Positions 51,230 to 58,804 of a stretch of DNA of 64,000 bases are shown piece by piece. How positions within the stretch are numbered: the stretch's first letter is position 1; every line of letters starts with the position of its first letter. The stretch lies in contig DANJ01000011.1 in the NCBI GenBank assembly GCA_002497285.1, positions 3,091 through 67,090 of the forward strand. The letters are read 5' to 3'. A program made the translations under genes and the position numbers. The notes beneath the pieces are model-generated. The model saw nothing but the letters and a program-made list of their open reading frames with translations. It was not told where the DNA came from and made no database searches. This DNA comes from Candidatus Pacearchaeota archaeon UBA92. Lineage in GTDB: Archaea > Nanobdellota > Nanobdellia > Pacearchaeales > GW2011-AR1.

Positions 51230-51524
51230 AGAAAACAATGAAAAGAACATTGTATTTGTAGGAAATAAACAAGTTATGAATTATGTTACTAGTGCAGTCA
51301 TGCAATTAAAAACCGGTTCTCCAAATGTAATAATCAAGGCAAGGGGAAAATTCATATCTAAAGCTGTAGATGTTGCAGAAGTTCTCAGAAAAAGATTTCT
51401 TAAGGACTTATCCCCAACAATAGAGGATATTAAAATAGATACAGAAGAGTATGATAAAGAGGGAAAAACCATAAAAGTCTCAACAATAGACATAATAATT
51501 GCCAAAGCTAGTTCTCTTTCTTAA
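51222..51524 (+). CDS. albA: Alba DNA/RNA-binding protein
   Basis: NIVFVGNKQVMNYVTSAVMQL...VIIKARGKFISKAVDVAEVLRKRF. Confidence 0.9.
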   Translation: MIEENNEKNIVFVGNKQVMNYVTSAVMQLKTGSPNVIIKARGKFISKAVDVAEVLRKRFLKDLSPTIEDIKIDTEEYDKEGKTIKVSTIDIIIAKASSLS

Positions 51525-51532
51525 TCCAACAA

Positions 51533-51540
51533 ACTTAAAA
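51533..51540 (+). promoter_or_regulatory. putative TATA-like box (CTTAAAAA) for tRNA-Met
   Basis: Centred ~26 nt upstream of the tRNA 5' end. Confidence 0.35.
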
Positions 51541-51562
51541 ACCATTTTTTGCTTCTAATTTT

Positions 51563-51635
51563 GGCTCTGTAGCTTAGTGGTTAAAGCGCCTGTCTCATAC
51601 GCAGGAGATCGAGAGTTCAATTCTCTCCAGAGCCA
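51563..51635 (+). tRNA. tRNA-Met (anticodon CAT; elongator Met or Ile2-type, G1:C72)
   Basis: Hand-folded cloverleaf: acceptor GGCTCTG/CAGAGCC, D arm GCTT/AAGC, anticodon arm CCTGT-CTCATAC-GCAGG, T arm GAGAG-TTCAATT-CTCTC, discriminator A. Confidence 0.9.
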
Positions 51636-51680
51636 TTATGGATATTAAACCTGGACTCCTAGAACCCGGAGAGGTTGTAG

Positions 51681-51697
51681 AATTCTCTCCAGAGCCA
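51681..51697 (+). repeat. second copy of the tRNA-Met 3' end (AATTCTCTCCAGAGCCA)
   Basis: Exact 17-mer also at 51619-51635, with a degenerate T-arm remnant (GAGAGGTTGTAG) upstream. Confidence 0.85.
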
Positions 51698-51735
51698 TCC
51701 CCAATATTTATATTCTTATTTTTCTTTCAATCAAG

Positions 51736-51948
51736 ATGAACAGACTGGAAAAAGAACTAAGACATTATACTCTCGCCGAAAAGATCCTCTTTCTATTTAA
51801 TGTATTTATAGCAATCCTAATAATCCTATTTTCAGGAAATCTCCTTCAAACAACATTTGGAAAATCAACCCTCGCACTTGGCTTAGTAATGGTAGCATTA
51901 ATAACAATTCTCCGAGTATTGAAAAAATGGGGTCCTAAAAACTATTAA
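51736..51948 (+). CDS. small membrane protein
   Basis: 70 aa, two TM helices. Confidence 0.4.
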   Translation: MNRLEKELRHYTLAEKILFLFNVFIAILIILFSGNLLQTTFGKSTLALGLVMVALITILRVLKKWGPKNY

Positions 51949-52295
51949 GGCTTCTCAAAAACTTTAACCCCATCTCCCTCTTTTCTAGGAAGAACATGAA
52001 AATGCAGATGCATCACTATTTGTCCTGCAGACTTTCCATTATTAACGATTAAATTGAAACTATCTCCAAAACCAGAATCTATCAGGCTCTTGCTAACCTC
52101 TTTAATAAAGCTCATCAATTCCTTACCAAACTTATCAGGAAATTCTGAAATCTCTTTGTAATGAGTTTTAGGAATAATTAGACTATGTCCATCAGTCCTA
52201 GGGTTGACATCCCGAATAGCAAAAAAGTTATCACTTTCTATAAACTTTTCAGCACTGACTTCCCCTTTAACCATCTTACAAAATATGCAATTCAT
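51945..52295 (-). CDS. HIT-family (histidine triad) nucleotide hydrolase
   Basis: CIFCKMV and the HLHFHVLPR triad. Confidence 0.85.
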   Translation of the reverse strand: MNCIFCKMVKGEVSAEKFIESDNFFAIRDVNPRTDGHSLIIPKTHYKEISEFPDKFGKELMSFIKEVSKSLIDSGFGDSFNLIVNNGKSAGQIVMHLHFHVLPRKEGDGVKVFEKP

Positions 52296-52297
52296 TG

Positions 52298-53104
52298 TTA
52301 ATTCTTAAAGATACTTCTATAAAAACTTTCCCTTAAAACTTCTCTATTAACTTCCTCTTTTCTCATATCTCTATTCCAGAACCATGGTTTTCTTTTCTCT
52401 TTTAAACCAACTAATGAAGCAGCCAGCTTCCCTATCTCCCTGGAAAATTGACTTCTCTTAGCATATATTGGCATTGGCACTCTTTGATACAAACTCTTAG
52501 CAACTCTTCTATCATCTTTAATCATGGCAACAACCGGAATATTAATAGACTCCTGAACCTCCTCAAGACTAACTTGAGAACTTCTTCCAAGAACACGATT
52601 AACAATTATCCCAGAAATATCTCTCCCCGATTGCCTAATTATTTTTGCAGTTTTCATACTGCAACTTAAAGTTGGATAATCTGGAGTAGAAACAATAAAC
52701 AATGAATCTGAAGCAAGCATAGCAGAAGTCAATTCTTCATTCAAAGAAGGAGAAGAATCTATAATAATAAAATCATATCCCCTTCTAATCTGAGCAATCT
52801 TTTGTTTCAGTTTCAGAGGACTGTACTCCTTATTAAACATAAAATTCCCAGGAATGACATCAACGTTATATTTCTCATGCACTGCAGCACTAACTCGAGT
52901 TCCTGCACTTGATAATACATCATGCACAGTTTTCCCAGGAGAAATTATGTCCATATGCAATCCCAAATTTGGAGCTGAATAATTCGCATCAATAAGTAAA
53001 ACTTTCTTATCAAACCTATTAGCTAATTCAACAGCCAAAGCCGCACTTAATGTCGTTTTACCCACTCCGCCTTTCAAAGAAACCAAACTTATCACCCTTC
53101 CCAT
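52298..53104 (-). CDS. MinD/ParA-family P-loop ATPase
   Basis: Deviant Walker A SLKGGVGKTTLSAALA; IIIDSSPS. Confidence 0.7.
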   Translation of the reverse strand: MGRVISLVSLKGGVGKTTLSAALAVELANRFDKKVLLIDANYSAPNLGLHMDIISPGKTVHDVLSSAGTRVSAAVHEKYNVDVIPGNFMFNKEYSPLKLKQKIAQIRRGYDFIIIDSSPSLNEELTSAMLASDSLFIVSTPDYPTLSCSMKTAKIIRQSGRDISGIIVNRVLGRSSQVSLEEVQESINIPVVAMIKDDRRVAKSLYQRVPMPIYAKRSQFSREIGKLAASLVGLKEKRKPWFWNRDMRKEEVNREVLRESFYRSIFKN

Positions 53105-53140
53105 TGTATCTAAAATTCAAACTTCCTTATAAGCGTTTCC

Positions 53141-53887
53141 CTATTCAAGAAGTAGAAGCAAAGCCATGACTCCTATTCCGGCTAATAAGGCAATAAGCTG
53201 AAGAAATGCCTTTCTTATCCCGACATCCTTGTGCAATTCAGGGATTAAGTCAGCTCCTGCAATATAAATGAATCCGCCAGCAGCAAGAGGAAGCAGGATA
53301 TCTGCAATATATTCTATTCTCGTGCTCAAAATCAGACCTATGACTGCGCCAAGAACTGCTAAAAGCGCAGAAACAAAATTCAAGAACAAAGCCTTGCCTT
53401 TAGAAAATCCTCCATGAATCATGACTCCAAAGTCTCCTATTTCTTGAGGAATCTCATGGAAGATGACTGCAAGAGTTGTAGCAATCCCGATAGGCAGAGA
53501 AACCAGATAACCGGCTGCAATTATCAAGCCATCCAGAAAATTATGGAACCCGTCTCCTATTAAATTCGTATATGCGAAAGGATGAATATGATTTTTAGTT
53601 ATGGGCATATGGCAATGTTGCCAGTGTACGAACTTTTCTATAACAAAGAATAGCAAAAACCCTGCTAAAATCCAGATTGAAGAAACTAAAGAAAATCCTT
53701 CCTCTCCCATTTCAGGGATAATATGAAGAAAAACATCGCCAAATAAAGCCCCAGCAGAAAAAGCAAGCAGATAGATTAAAACGACTTTAAGCTTGCTGGA
53801 GGAAATGCCCAGGATAATTACTCCGACAAGTGAGACAATGCTAACGACTAACACACTGGTCAGAGTGTAAAACCATGCTTCTAACAT
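53141..53887 (-). CDS. ZIP-family divalent metal transporter (ZupT-like)
   Basis: HNFLDGL and HEIPQEIGDF motifs; 8 TM-like segments. Confidence 0.8.
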   Translation of the reverse strand: MLEAWFYTLTSVLVVSIVSLVGVIILGISSSKLKVVLIYLLAFSAGALFGDVFLHIIPEMGEEGFSLVSSIWILAGFLLFFVIEKFVHWQHCHMPITKNHIHPFAYTNLIGDGFHNFLDGLIIAAGYLVSLPIGIATTLAVIFHEIPQEIGDFGVMIHGGFSKGKALFLNFVSALLAVLGAVIGLILSTRIEYIADILLPLAAGGFIYIAGADLIPELHKDVGIRKAFLQLIALLAGIGVMALLLLLE

Positions 53888-53900
53888 GCACCATGTAGCT

Positions 53901-53963
53901 ATTAATAACTTTTAAACCTTTTGTTAATAACTTTAAGGAAAATATATAAATGCAGTTAATAAC
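53901..53963. promoter_or_regulatory. three copies of quasi-palindrome (G/A)TTAATAAC in the ZIP/nikR divergent promoter region
   Basis: Copies at 53901-53909, 53923-53931 and 53955-53963. The outer copies each lie between a TATA box (53910-53917 minus; 53943-53950 plus) and its start codon. Confidence 0.45.
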
Positions 53964-53971
53964 CCATTATA

Positions 53972-54364
53972 GTGTCAAAACCTAAAATAATATCAATATC
54001 TATTCCGGAAGAAGCTCTTTCCACTCTGAATTCTTTGCAAAAAAACCTGAGGCTTAAAGGAAGGAGCGAAACAATAAGGGAAGCGATAAATGCCCTTGAG
54101 AGTAAGACAAGAGACCTTGATAACCTAAAAGGAGACCTGAATGCAATAGCCACTATAATACACAAGGAAAAATACAACAAGGAGATATCAGGAATAGTCC
54201 ACAAGCACTCAAAAATAATAAAGACACATATCCACAATCACCTTGACAATCATAAATGTGCAGAAGTCCTTGTTCTAAAAGGTAAAGCCTCAGAAATAAA
54301 AGCTCTGATAAATGCAACACAGACAAATAAAAAACTTGAAAAAACAGACTTGATTATCTGCTAG
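53972..54364 (+). CDS. nikR: NikR-like metal-responsive RHH regulator (GTG start)
   Basis: N-terminal ribbon-helix-helix ISISIPEEALSTLNSL...GRSETIREAINAL. C-terminal His-rich ACT-like domain HKHSKIIKTHIHNHLDNHKCAEVLVLKG. Confidence 0.65.
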   Translation: MSKPKIISISIPEEALSTLNSLQKNLRLKGRSETIREAINALESKTRDLDNLKGDLNAIATIIHKEKYNKEISGIVHKHSKIIKTHIHNHLDNHKCAEVLVLKGKASEIKALINATQTNKKLEKTDLIIC

Positions 54365-54605
54365 TTTTAGCCAATCCCCTCGGATTGTACATTCTTATAA
54401 CAAGGAAATAAACAAGCGCGCCTATCCAGCTTCCCAAGACTATAACTATAATCCAGACAATTTTCTCAACATTATTCTTAAATCCTCTCTGTGCACAGTC
54501 AACAATCATCCAGATCCAGAATGCAAACACTATCAGTCCAACCACGATTGCAAACAATCCTCCAAGAGCCATAAAAGGCCATATCCAAAAATCCATTAAT
54601 CCCAT
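54354..54605 (-). CDS. PLDc_N-type small membrane protein
   Basis: WIWMIVDCAQR...VWIIVIVLGSWIGALVYFLV. Confidence 0.5.
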   Translation of the reverse strand: MGLMDFWIWPFMALGGLFAIVVGLIVFAFWIWMIVDCAQRGFKNNVEKIVWIIVIVLGSWIGALVYFLVIRMYNPRGLAKTSR

Positions 54606-54638
54606 GATAAAGAAAGCCTACGGCTCTTTATAAAATTA

Positions 54639-55820
54639 TCATCTCATATTTTTATGTTGGTATGTGAATAAGAACATTATTGCCATAAAAGCTGCAAACA
54701 ATAAAAATAAATATTTGAAAGGCAAAACAAATAACAATAGAGAAGCCAAAATCTTTCCAAGGGACTGCATCACATCAACACTTGTATTGAAAGGTCCATA
54801 AAATCTATGCACACTATTTCTACTTGAAACTTCTAAGAAATAAGCTTCCGTAGTCGGCTCAAGCATGGCCATCCCAAATGAAGCCAATATCAAAAAGAAC
54901 ATTATCAAAAAAATATCTCCTGCAAGAAATGAAGCAATTGCAAAAAAGAAGGCAATTGCAAATCCAGTCATAAAAACTTTTCTGAAGCCATAATGTCTTG
55001 TCATCTTAGAAAATAAATATTCCGAAGTTATGAGTGGCACAGCTACCGCAAACAAAGAGTACCCAATCCATATTTCCCTTAAACCATTTTGAACAATATA
55101 AAGAGGCATAAAAATATAGGACAATGTCCACCAGATGAAAGTTCCCCCTCTGAAAAAGTAAGCAGAGACTCTTTCTTTGTTTCCAAAAAACTCAAAAAAG
55201 TTACGGAAAAATTTATCATTAATTTTCTTGCTTTGATTATTATCTTTAACCTTGGAGAAAGAAAAAATCATCAATCCTACAAAACAAAAGATAAATGCTA
55301 ATAAGAAGACATAATTATTTCCAAAAAATGATCCAATATAACCCCCTATAAATGGACCCAATACCCATCCAAGATTAAGAAAAGTATAAATAAATCCTTC
55401 ATTTTCTGATAATTCCCCATCCTTGGATTTATCTCTGACAATAATACCAAAAACACTCACTCTTATAGTATAAAGTATTGTAATAAATGTTGCAAGAAAA
55501 ATAAACAAAATGAAACTGTGATTAAAATAAAATAGCAAATATATTATGCAAAGCAATATTAAAGAATAAACAAAAAGCTGTGATTTCTTAGATTTTTGTA
55601 CAATTGGAATAAAAAGAAAATAAGAAATTACAGAAACCAGAGAAAGACCCGCAGAAATTAATCCAGTAAGTGCAATATTATTGACAAAACTATTAATATA
55701 CACTGCCCAAATAACCGAAATAGATGCAATAGCAAGAGCAGAAAATAAATTTACAAAAGCAAGAACAAAAATGCTTCTAGAAACAAATAATCCAGTATGT
55801 CTTCTGAATTGCACCACCAT
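54639..55820 (-). CDS. MFS-like polytopic transporter
   Basis: 393 aa with ~11-12 hydrophobic helices. No strong signature was read. Confidence 0.45.
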   Translation of the reverse strand: MVVQFRRHTGLFVSRSIFVLAFVNLFSALAIASISVIWAVYINSFVNNIALTGLISAGLSLVSVISYFLFIPIVQKSKKSQLFVYSLILLCIIYLLFYFNHSFILFIFLATFITILYTIRVSVFGIIVRDKSKDGELSENEGFIYTFLNLGWVLGPFIGGYIGSFFGNNYVFLLAFIFCFVGLMIFSFSKVKDNNQSKKINDKFFRNFFEFFGNKERVSAYFFRGGTFIWWTLSYIFMPLYIVQNGLREIWIGYSLFAVAVPLITSEYLFSKMTRHYGFRKVFMTGFAIAFFFAIASFLAGDIFLIMFFLILASFGMAMLEPTTEAYFLEVSSRNSVHRFYGPFNTSVDVMQSLGKILASLLLFVLPFKYLFLLFAAFMAIMFLFTYQHKNMR

Positions 55821-55854
55821 CTTAGAAAATTAAATTCTATTTAATATTTAAACA

Positions 55855-57540
55855 CTACTTAATCCTTGTCTCAACAATTTTCCCTGCATTTTCAAAAACA
55901 ACTTTATCCTTAAGCAAATCTTTCAAAATCTTGATTAAATCCTTAATATGAACTCTAATCTGTCTTGTTGAATCTCTATCCCTGATTGTAACTGTCTTGT
56001 CTTCTATAGTCTGTCCATCAATAGCAATGCAATAAGGAGTTCCAATTTCGTCCTGCCTACTATAACGTCTACCAATACTTCCAGATTTATCATAAAATAC
56101 GTTTAACTCTTCTTTCAACTCCTTATATAATTCATACCCTGCATCAGCAATTTCTCCTTTTGAAATAACAGGCATTACAGCCGCTTTATAGGGAGCTAAT
56201 TTTGGACTTAGATGCAGAACAACATTCTCTCTCTTTTTGTCAAATTCATAGGCATCGAGCATAAAAGCAATAAATGCTCTTCCTACACCAAGAGACGGTT
56301 CACAAGCAACTTCAGGAATAAGTCTAGATTTAGAATCCTCATCAAAAATCTCAAAACTCTTCCCGCTTTTCTCCTGATGTTGAGTTAAATCATAAATTCC
56401 ACGATTAGCAAATCCCTGTAATTCTCTCCAACCCATAGGAAATTTATATTCCAAGTCCCACGTATCGATGGCATAATGACTCTTTTCCTCACTAATATGC
56501 TGTCTCGCCCTGAAGTTTTCGGGGTTTGCTCCCAAAAGCAAAAACCAGCTAAATTCTTGAGCAAGCCAATATGCATGCCAATCTATCATCATTCCTTTCT
56601 TCCAAGAATCTAATATTTTCATTTTCTCTCCCTCCCTATTTTCTTTCTGCATACCTTCAGTCAAGAATGTAATTTCCAAATCAGGCAATTCATCCATATA
56701 AGGACATTTTGAACCTGGCTTGGTAAAATATTCAATTTCCATTTGCTCAAACTCTCGACTTCTAAACAAAAATTCTCTCGGTGCTATTTCATTCCTAAAA
56801 GCTTTTCCAATTTGTGCAATTCCAAAAGGCAACTTTCCCCTTGCATTATCAAAAACATTTCTAAAATTTACAAAAATAGATTGTGCAGTTTCCGGACGCA
56901 GATAGGATTCACTTCCTTTACCAGGACCAACTTTTGTTTCAAACATCGGATTGAACTTGCCTTCTATCTCATACTCTGCTTTATTCTCATAATTTTTAAC
57001 TTCATGCGCATCAACCTTGAATCTTTCTTTCTTCTTTTTATCATAAACAATGTAATCTACAAAGTTCTCGACATGTCCCGAAGCTTCCCAAACTTTTGGA
57101 TTCGTAATTATGCTCCCATCAACGCCTTCAACATCCTCTCTATTTCTAACATGAAATGCCCACCAAGAATCTTTTATATTCTTAGCAAGTTCAACACCCA
57201 AAGGCCCATAATCCCAAAATCCAGCTAATCCTCCATAAATTTCTCCAGAAGGATAAACAAATCCTTTCCTCTTACAAAATGAGGCGAGTTCATCAATTCC
57301 AATCTCGGTCCTCTCTGTCTTAACAACCATCTTAATCTTATTTTTGTTTTCTTGGTTTTTAATCTCTTCGCTACTTTCATTCATAACAAACTTTTTCATC
57401 CTCTCCTCTGCTTCCTTTTTCGTCTTACCTAAATAAGCAATAGTTTTTGCAACAACCTTTCCCTTAATTCTTTTGCTTTCTCGTAAATAATAATATTCAT
57501 TATTCCCAATCTTCTTTTTAACTATGAACATTTTATACAA
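55855..57540 (-). CDS. glyS: glycyl-tRNA synthetase (archaeal/eukaryotic alpha2 type) with ~80-aa N-terminal extension
   Basis: RKGFVYPSGEIYGGLAGFWDYGPLGVELAKN, FRNEIAPREFLFRSREFEQMEIEYF, SLGVGRAF. The extension carries IGNNEYYYLRESKRIKGKVVAKTIAYLGK. Confidence 0.9.
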   Translation of the reverse strand: MYKMFIVKKKIGNNEYYYLRESKRIKGKVVAKTIAYLGKTKKEAEERMKKFVMNESSEEIKNQENKNKIKMVVKTERTEIGIDELASFCKRKGFVYPSGEIYGGLAGFWDYGPLGVELAKNIKDSWWAFHVRNREDVEGVDGSIITNPKVWEASGHVENFVDYIVYDKKKKERFKVDAHEVKNYENKAEYEIEGKFNPMFETKVGPGKGSESYLRPETAQSIFVNFRNVFDNARGKLPFGIAQIGKAFRNEIAPREFLFRSREFEQMEIEYFTKPGSKCPYMDELPDLEITFLTEGMQKENREGEKMKILDSWKKGMMIDWHAYWLAQEFSWFLLLGANPENFRARQHISEEKSHYAIDTWDLEYKFPMGWRELQGFANRGIYDLTQHQEKSGKSFEIFDEDSKSRLIPEVACEPSLGVGRAFIAFMLDAYEFDKKRENVVLHLSPKLAPYKAAVMPVISKGEIADAGYELYKELKEELNVFYDKSGSIGRRYSRQDEIGTPYCIAIDGQTIEDKTVTIRDRDSTRQIRVHIKDLIKILKDLLKDKVVFENAGKIVETRIK

Positions 57541-57793
57541 ATCCTATTATTTGATAGCCATAATTTTCAACATCTTCCTCTTTCCAAAACTTTTGACCCT
57601 TAGTTTTGACAACATAGCCTACCTTCTTGCTGATTTTCCTACCTGTATAATTATTTGTTTCAGGATCCCATTCTTCTAAAACCAAAACATCACCTTCCTT
57701 AACCTCAAAATCTGCTAAGTGGAGTTCAAATTTCTTCTTTCCAGATAAGATGGCTTCAAAAAATTTAGACCACACTTTTTTCTTTACTTCCAT
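57533..57793 (-). CDS. ASCH/DUF3850-like PUA-fold protein
   Basis: KKFELHLADFEVKEGDVLVLEEWDPETNNYTGRKISKKVGYV. It overlaps glyS by 8 nt. Confidence 0.5.
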   Translation of the reverse strand: MEVKKKVWSKFFEAILSGKKKFELHLADFEVKEGDVLVLEEWDPETNNYTGRKISKKVGYVVKTKGQKFWKEEDVENYGYQIIGFV

Positions 57794-57815
57794 GCATTAC
57801 CCACTACATAATTAT

Positions 57816-57823
57816 ATTTAAAT
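57816..57823 (-). promoter_or_regulatory. putative TATA box (TTTAAATA) for the ASCH-glyS operon
   Basis: Centred ~26 nt upstream of the ATG at 57793. Confidence 0.4.
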
Positions 57824-57901
57824 CTTTCTAGACACTACATAACCACTACACAACCCATAATTAGGCACTACAAGAGAAATTTTCTTCAATTCTATAGGGT
57901 A

Positions 57902-57973
57902 AGCGCGGAGAGGGATTCGAACCCCCGCATGGAAGCTCTGCAGGCTTCTGCCTTACCACTTGGCTATCCGCGC
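57902..57973 (-). tRNA. tRNA-Cys (GCA)
   Basis: Hand-folded: acceptor GCGCGGA/TCCGCGC, anticodon arm GAAGC-CTGCAGA-GCTTC, T arm GGGGG-TTCGAAT-CCCTC. TTTAAATA lies ~27 nt upstream (57997-58004). Confidence 0.85.
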
Positions 57974-58015
57974 ATGAAAATAAAGTAAAAAGATTCTATT
58001 TAAAGATATTCATAA

Positions 58016-58654
58016 CTAGGGAAGATTAACCCCCTCAACCAACTCGTTATTTGTCTCATCTACTTCACCTACTTGATAAGAGGTATCGACCCTAAATCTT
58101 ACAAAATGATTGCCAAAAGACAAGTTGCTAAAAACATAAGAAAATTCCTTTTCATCTCCAGGATAAAATGGCCCCTCTGTTGGAAAGATATCAACAAGAG
58201 AATCTAAATCTAAATCAACAAAAGAAGAAAAGAATTTACCTTCAATAACTTTAGTTCCAATATTTCTTGCTTTCGCAGAAATCGTCAGTTCGCATGTTCC
58301 ATTATATCCACTAGTACACGCTCCTTTGGTAAAAACAAATTCTATTGCTTCCAAATCATAAAACTTTTCCTTCTCTTCTACAATCTTTAACCCACACAAG
58401 GATTCATTTTCATTCCAAGAACACATATTGCTAGAAACATTATAAGCATCCTCTTCACATTTTGCTTTATCAATATAATCTAGACATGAAGTATATATTA
58501 CCTCAGAATTATTTTGAAAACCAATCGTGGACTCATTAGTTACATTTAGCTCTCCAATATTATCTGAAGGACTATAGAAAAAAATGAAAAACAGAACAAC
58601 TGCTCCCATAGCTACAAGCAAAATCATCAAAAAGACAGGACTCTTAAAATTCAT
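58016..58654 (-). CDS. membrane-anchored surface protein with CARDB-like C-terminal domain
   Basis: The start is taken at MNFKSPVFLMILL (the upstream extension is the antisense of tRNA-Arg). C-terminal GNHFVRFRVDTSYQVGEVDETNNE. Confidence 0.55.
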   Translation of the reverse strand: MNFKSPVFLMILLVAMGAVVLFFIFFYSPSDNIGELNVTNESTIGFQNNSEVIYTSCLDYIDKAKCEEDAYNVSSNMCSWNENESLCGLKIVEEKEKFYDLEAIEFVFTKGACTSGYNGTCELTISAKARNIGTKVIEGKFFSSFVDLDLDSLVDIFPTEGPFYPGDEKEFSYVFSNLSFGNHFVRFRVDTSYQVGEVDETNNELVEGVNLP

Positions 58655-58692
58655 AATGCCAATAAGAACCTCTTTTTTATAAATTCTTCCAA

Positions 58693-58767
58693 CGGCCTCG
58701 ACAGGATTTGAACCTGCGACCCCTTGCTTAGAAGGCAAGTGCTCTATCCAGGCTGAGCTACGAGGCC
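58693..58767 (-). tRNA. tRNA-Arg (TCT)
   Basis: Hand-folded: acceptor GGCCTCG/CGAGGCC, D arm GCTC/GAGC, anticodon arm CTTGC-CTTCTAA-GCAAG, T arm GCAGG-TTCAAAT-CCTGT. TTTAAATA lies ~27 nt upstream (58791-58798). Confidence 0.9.
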
Positions 58768-58804
58768 ATATATAAAAACCAAAAAAAGAATATTTAAAGC
58801 TATC

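Noticed and set aside
51563-51697. Intron-containing, split or permuted tRNA explaining the duplicated 3' end.
   Set aside because: The first 73 nt already fold into a complete canonical cloverleaf. The second copy would give an 11-nt T loop and has no matching 5' half or bulge-helix-bulge motif.
58655-58738. N-terminal extension MPSKQGVAGSNPVEAVGR... of ORF 58016-58738.
   Set aside because: This part of the ORF is the translation of the tRNA-Arg gene region (58693-58767). The protein more plausibly starts at MNFKSPVFLM (58654), which gives a normal signal-anchor.
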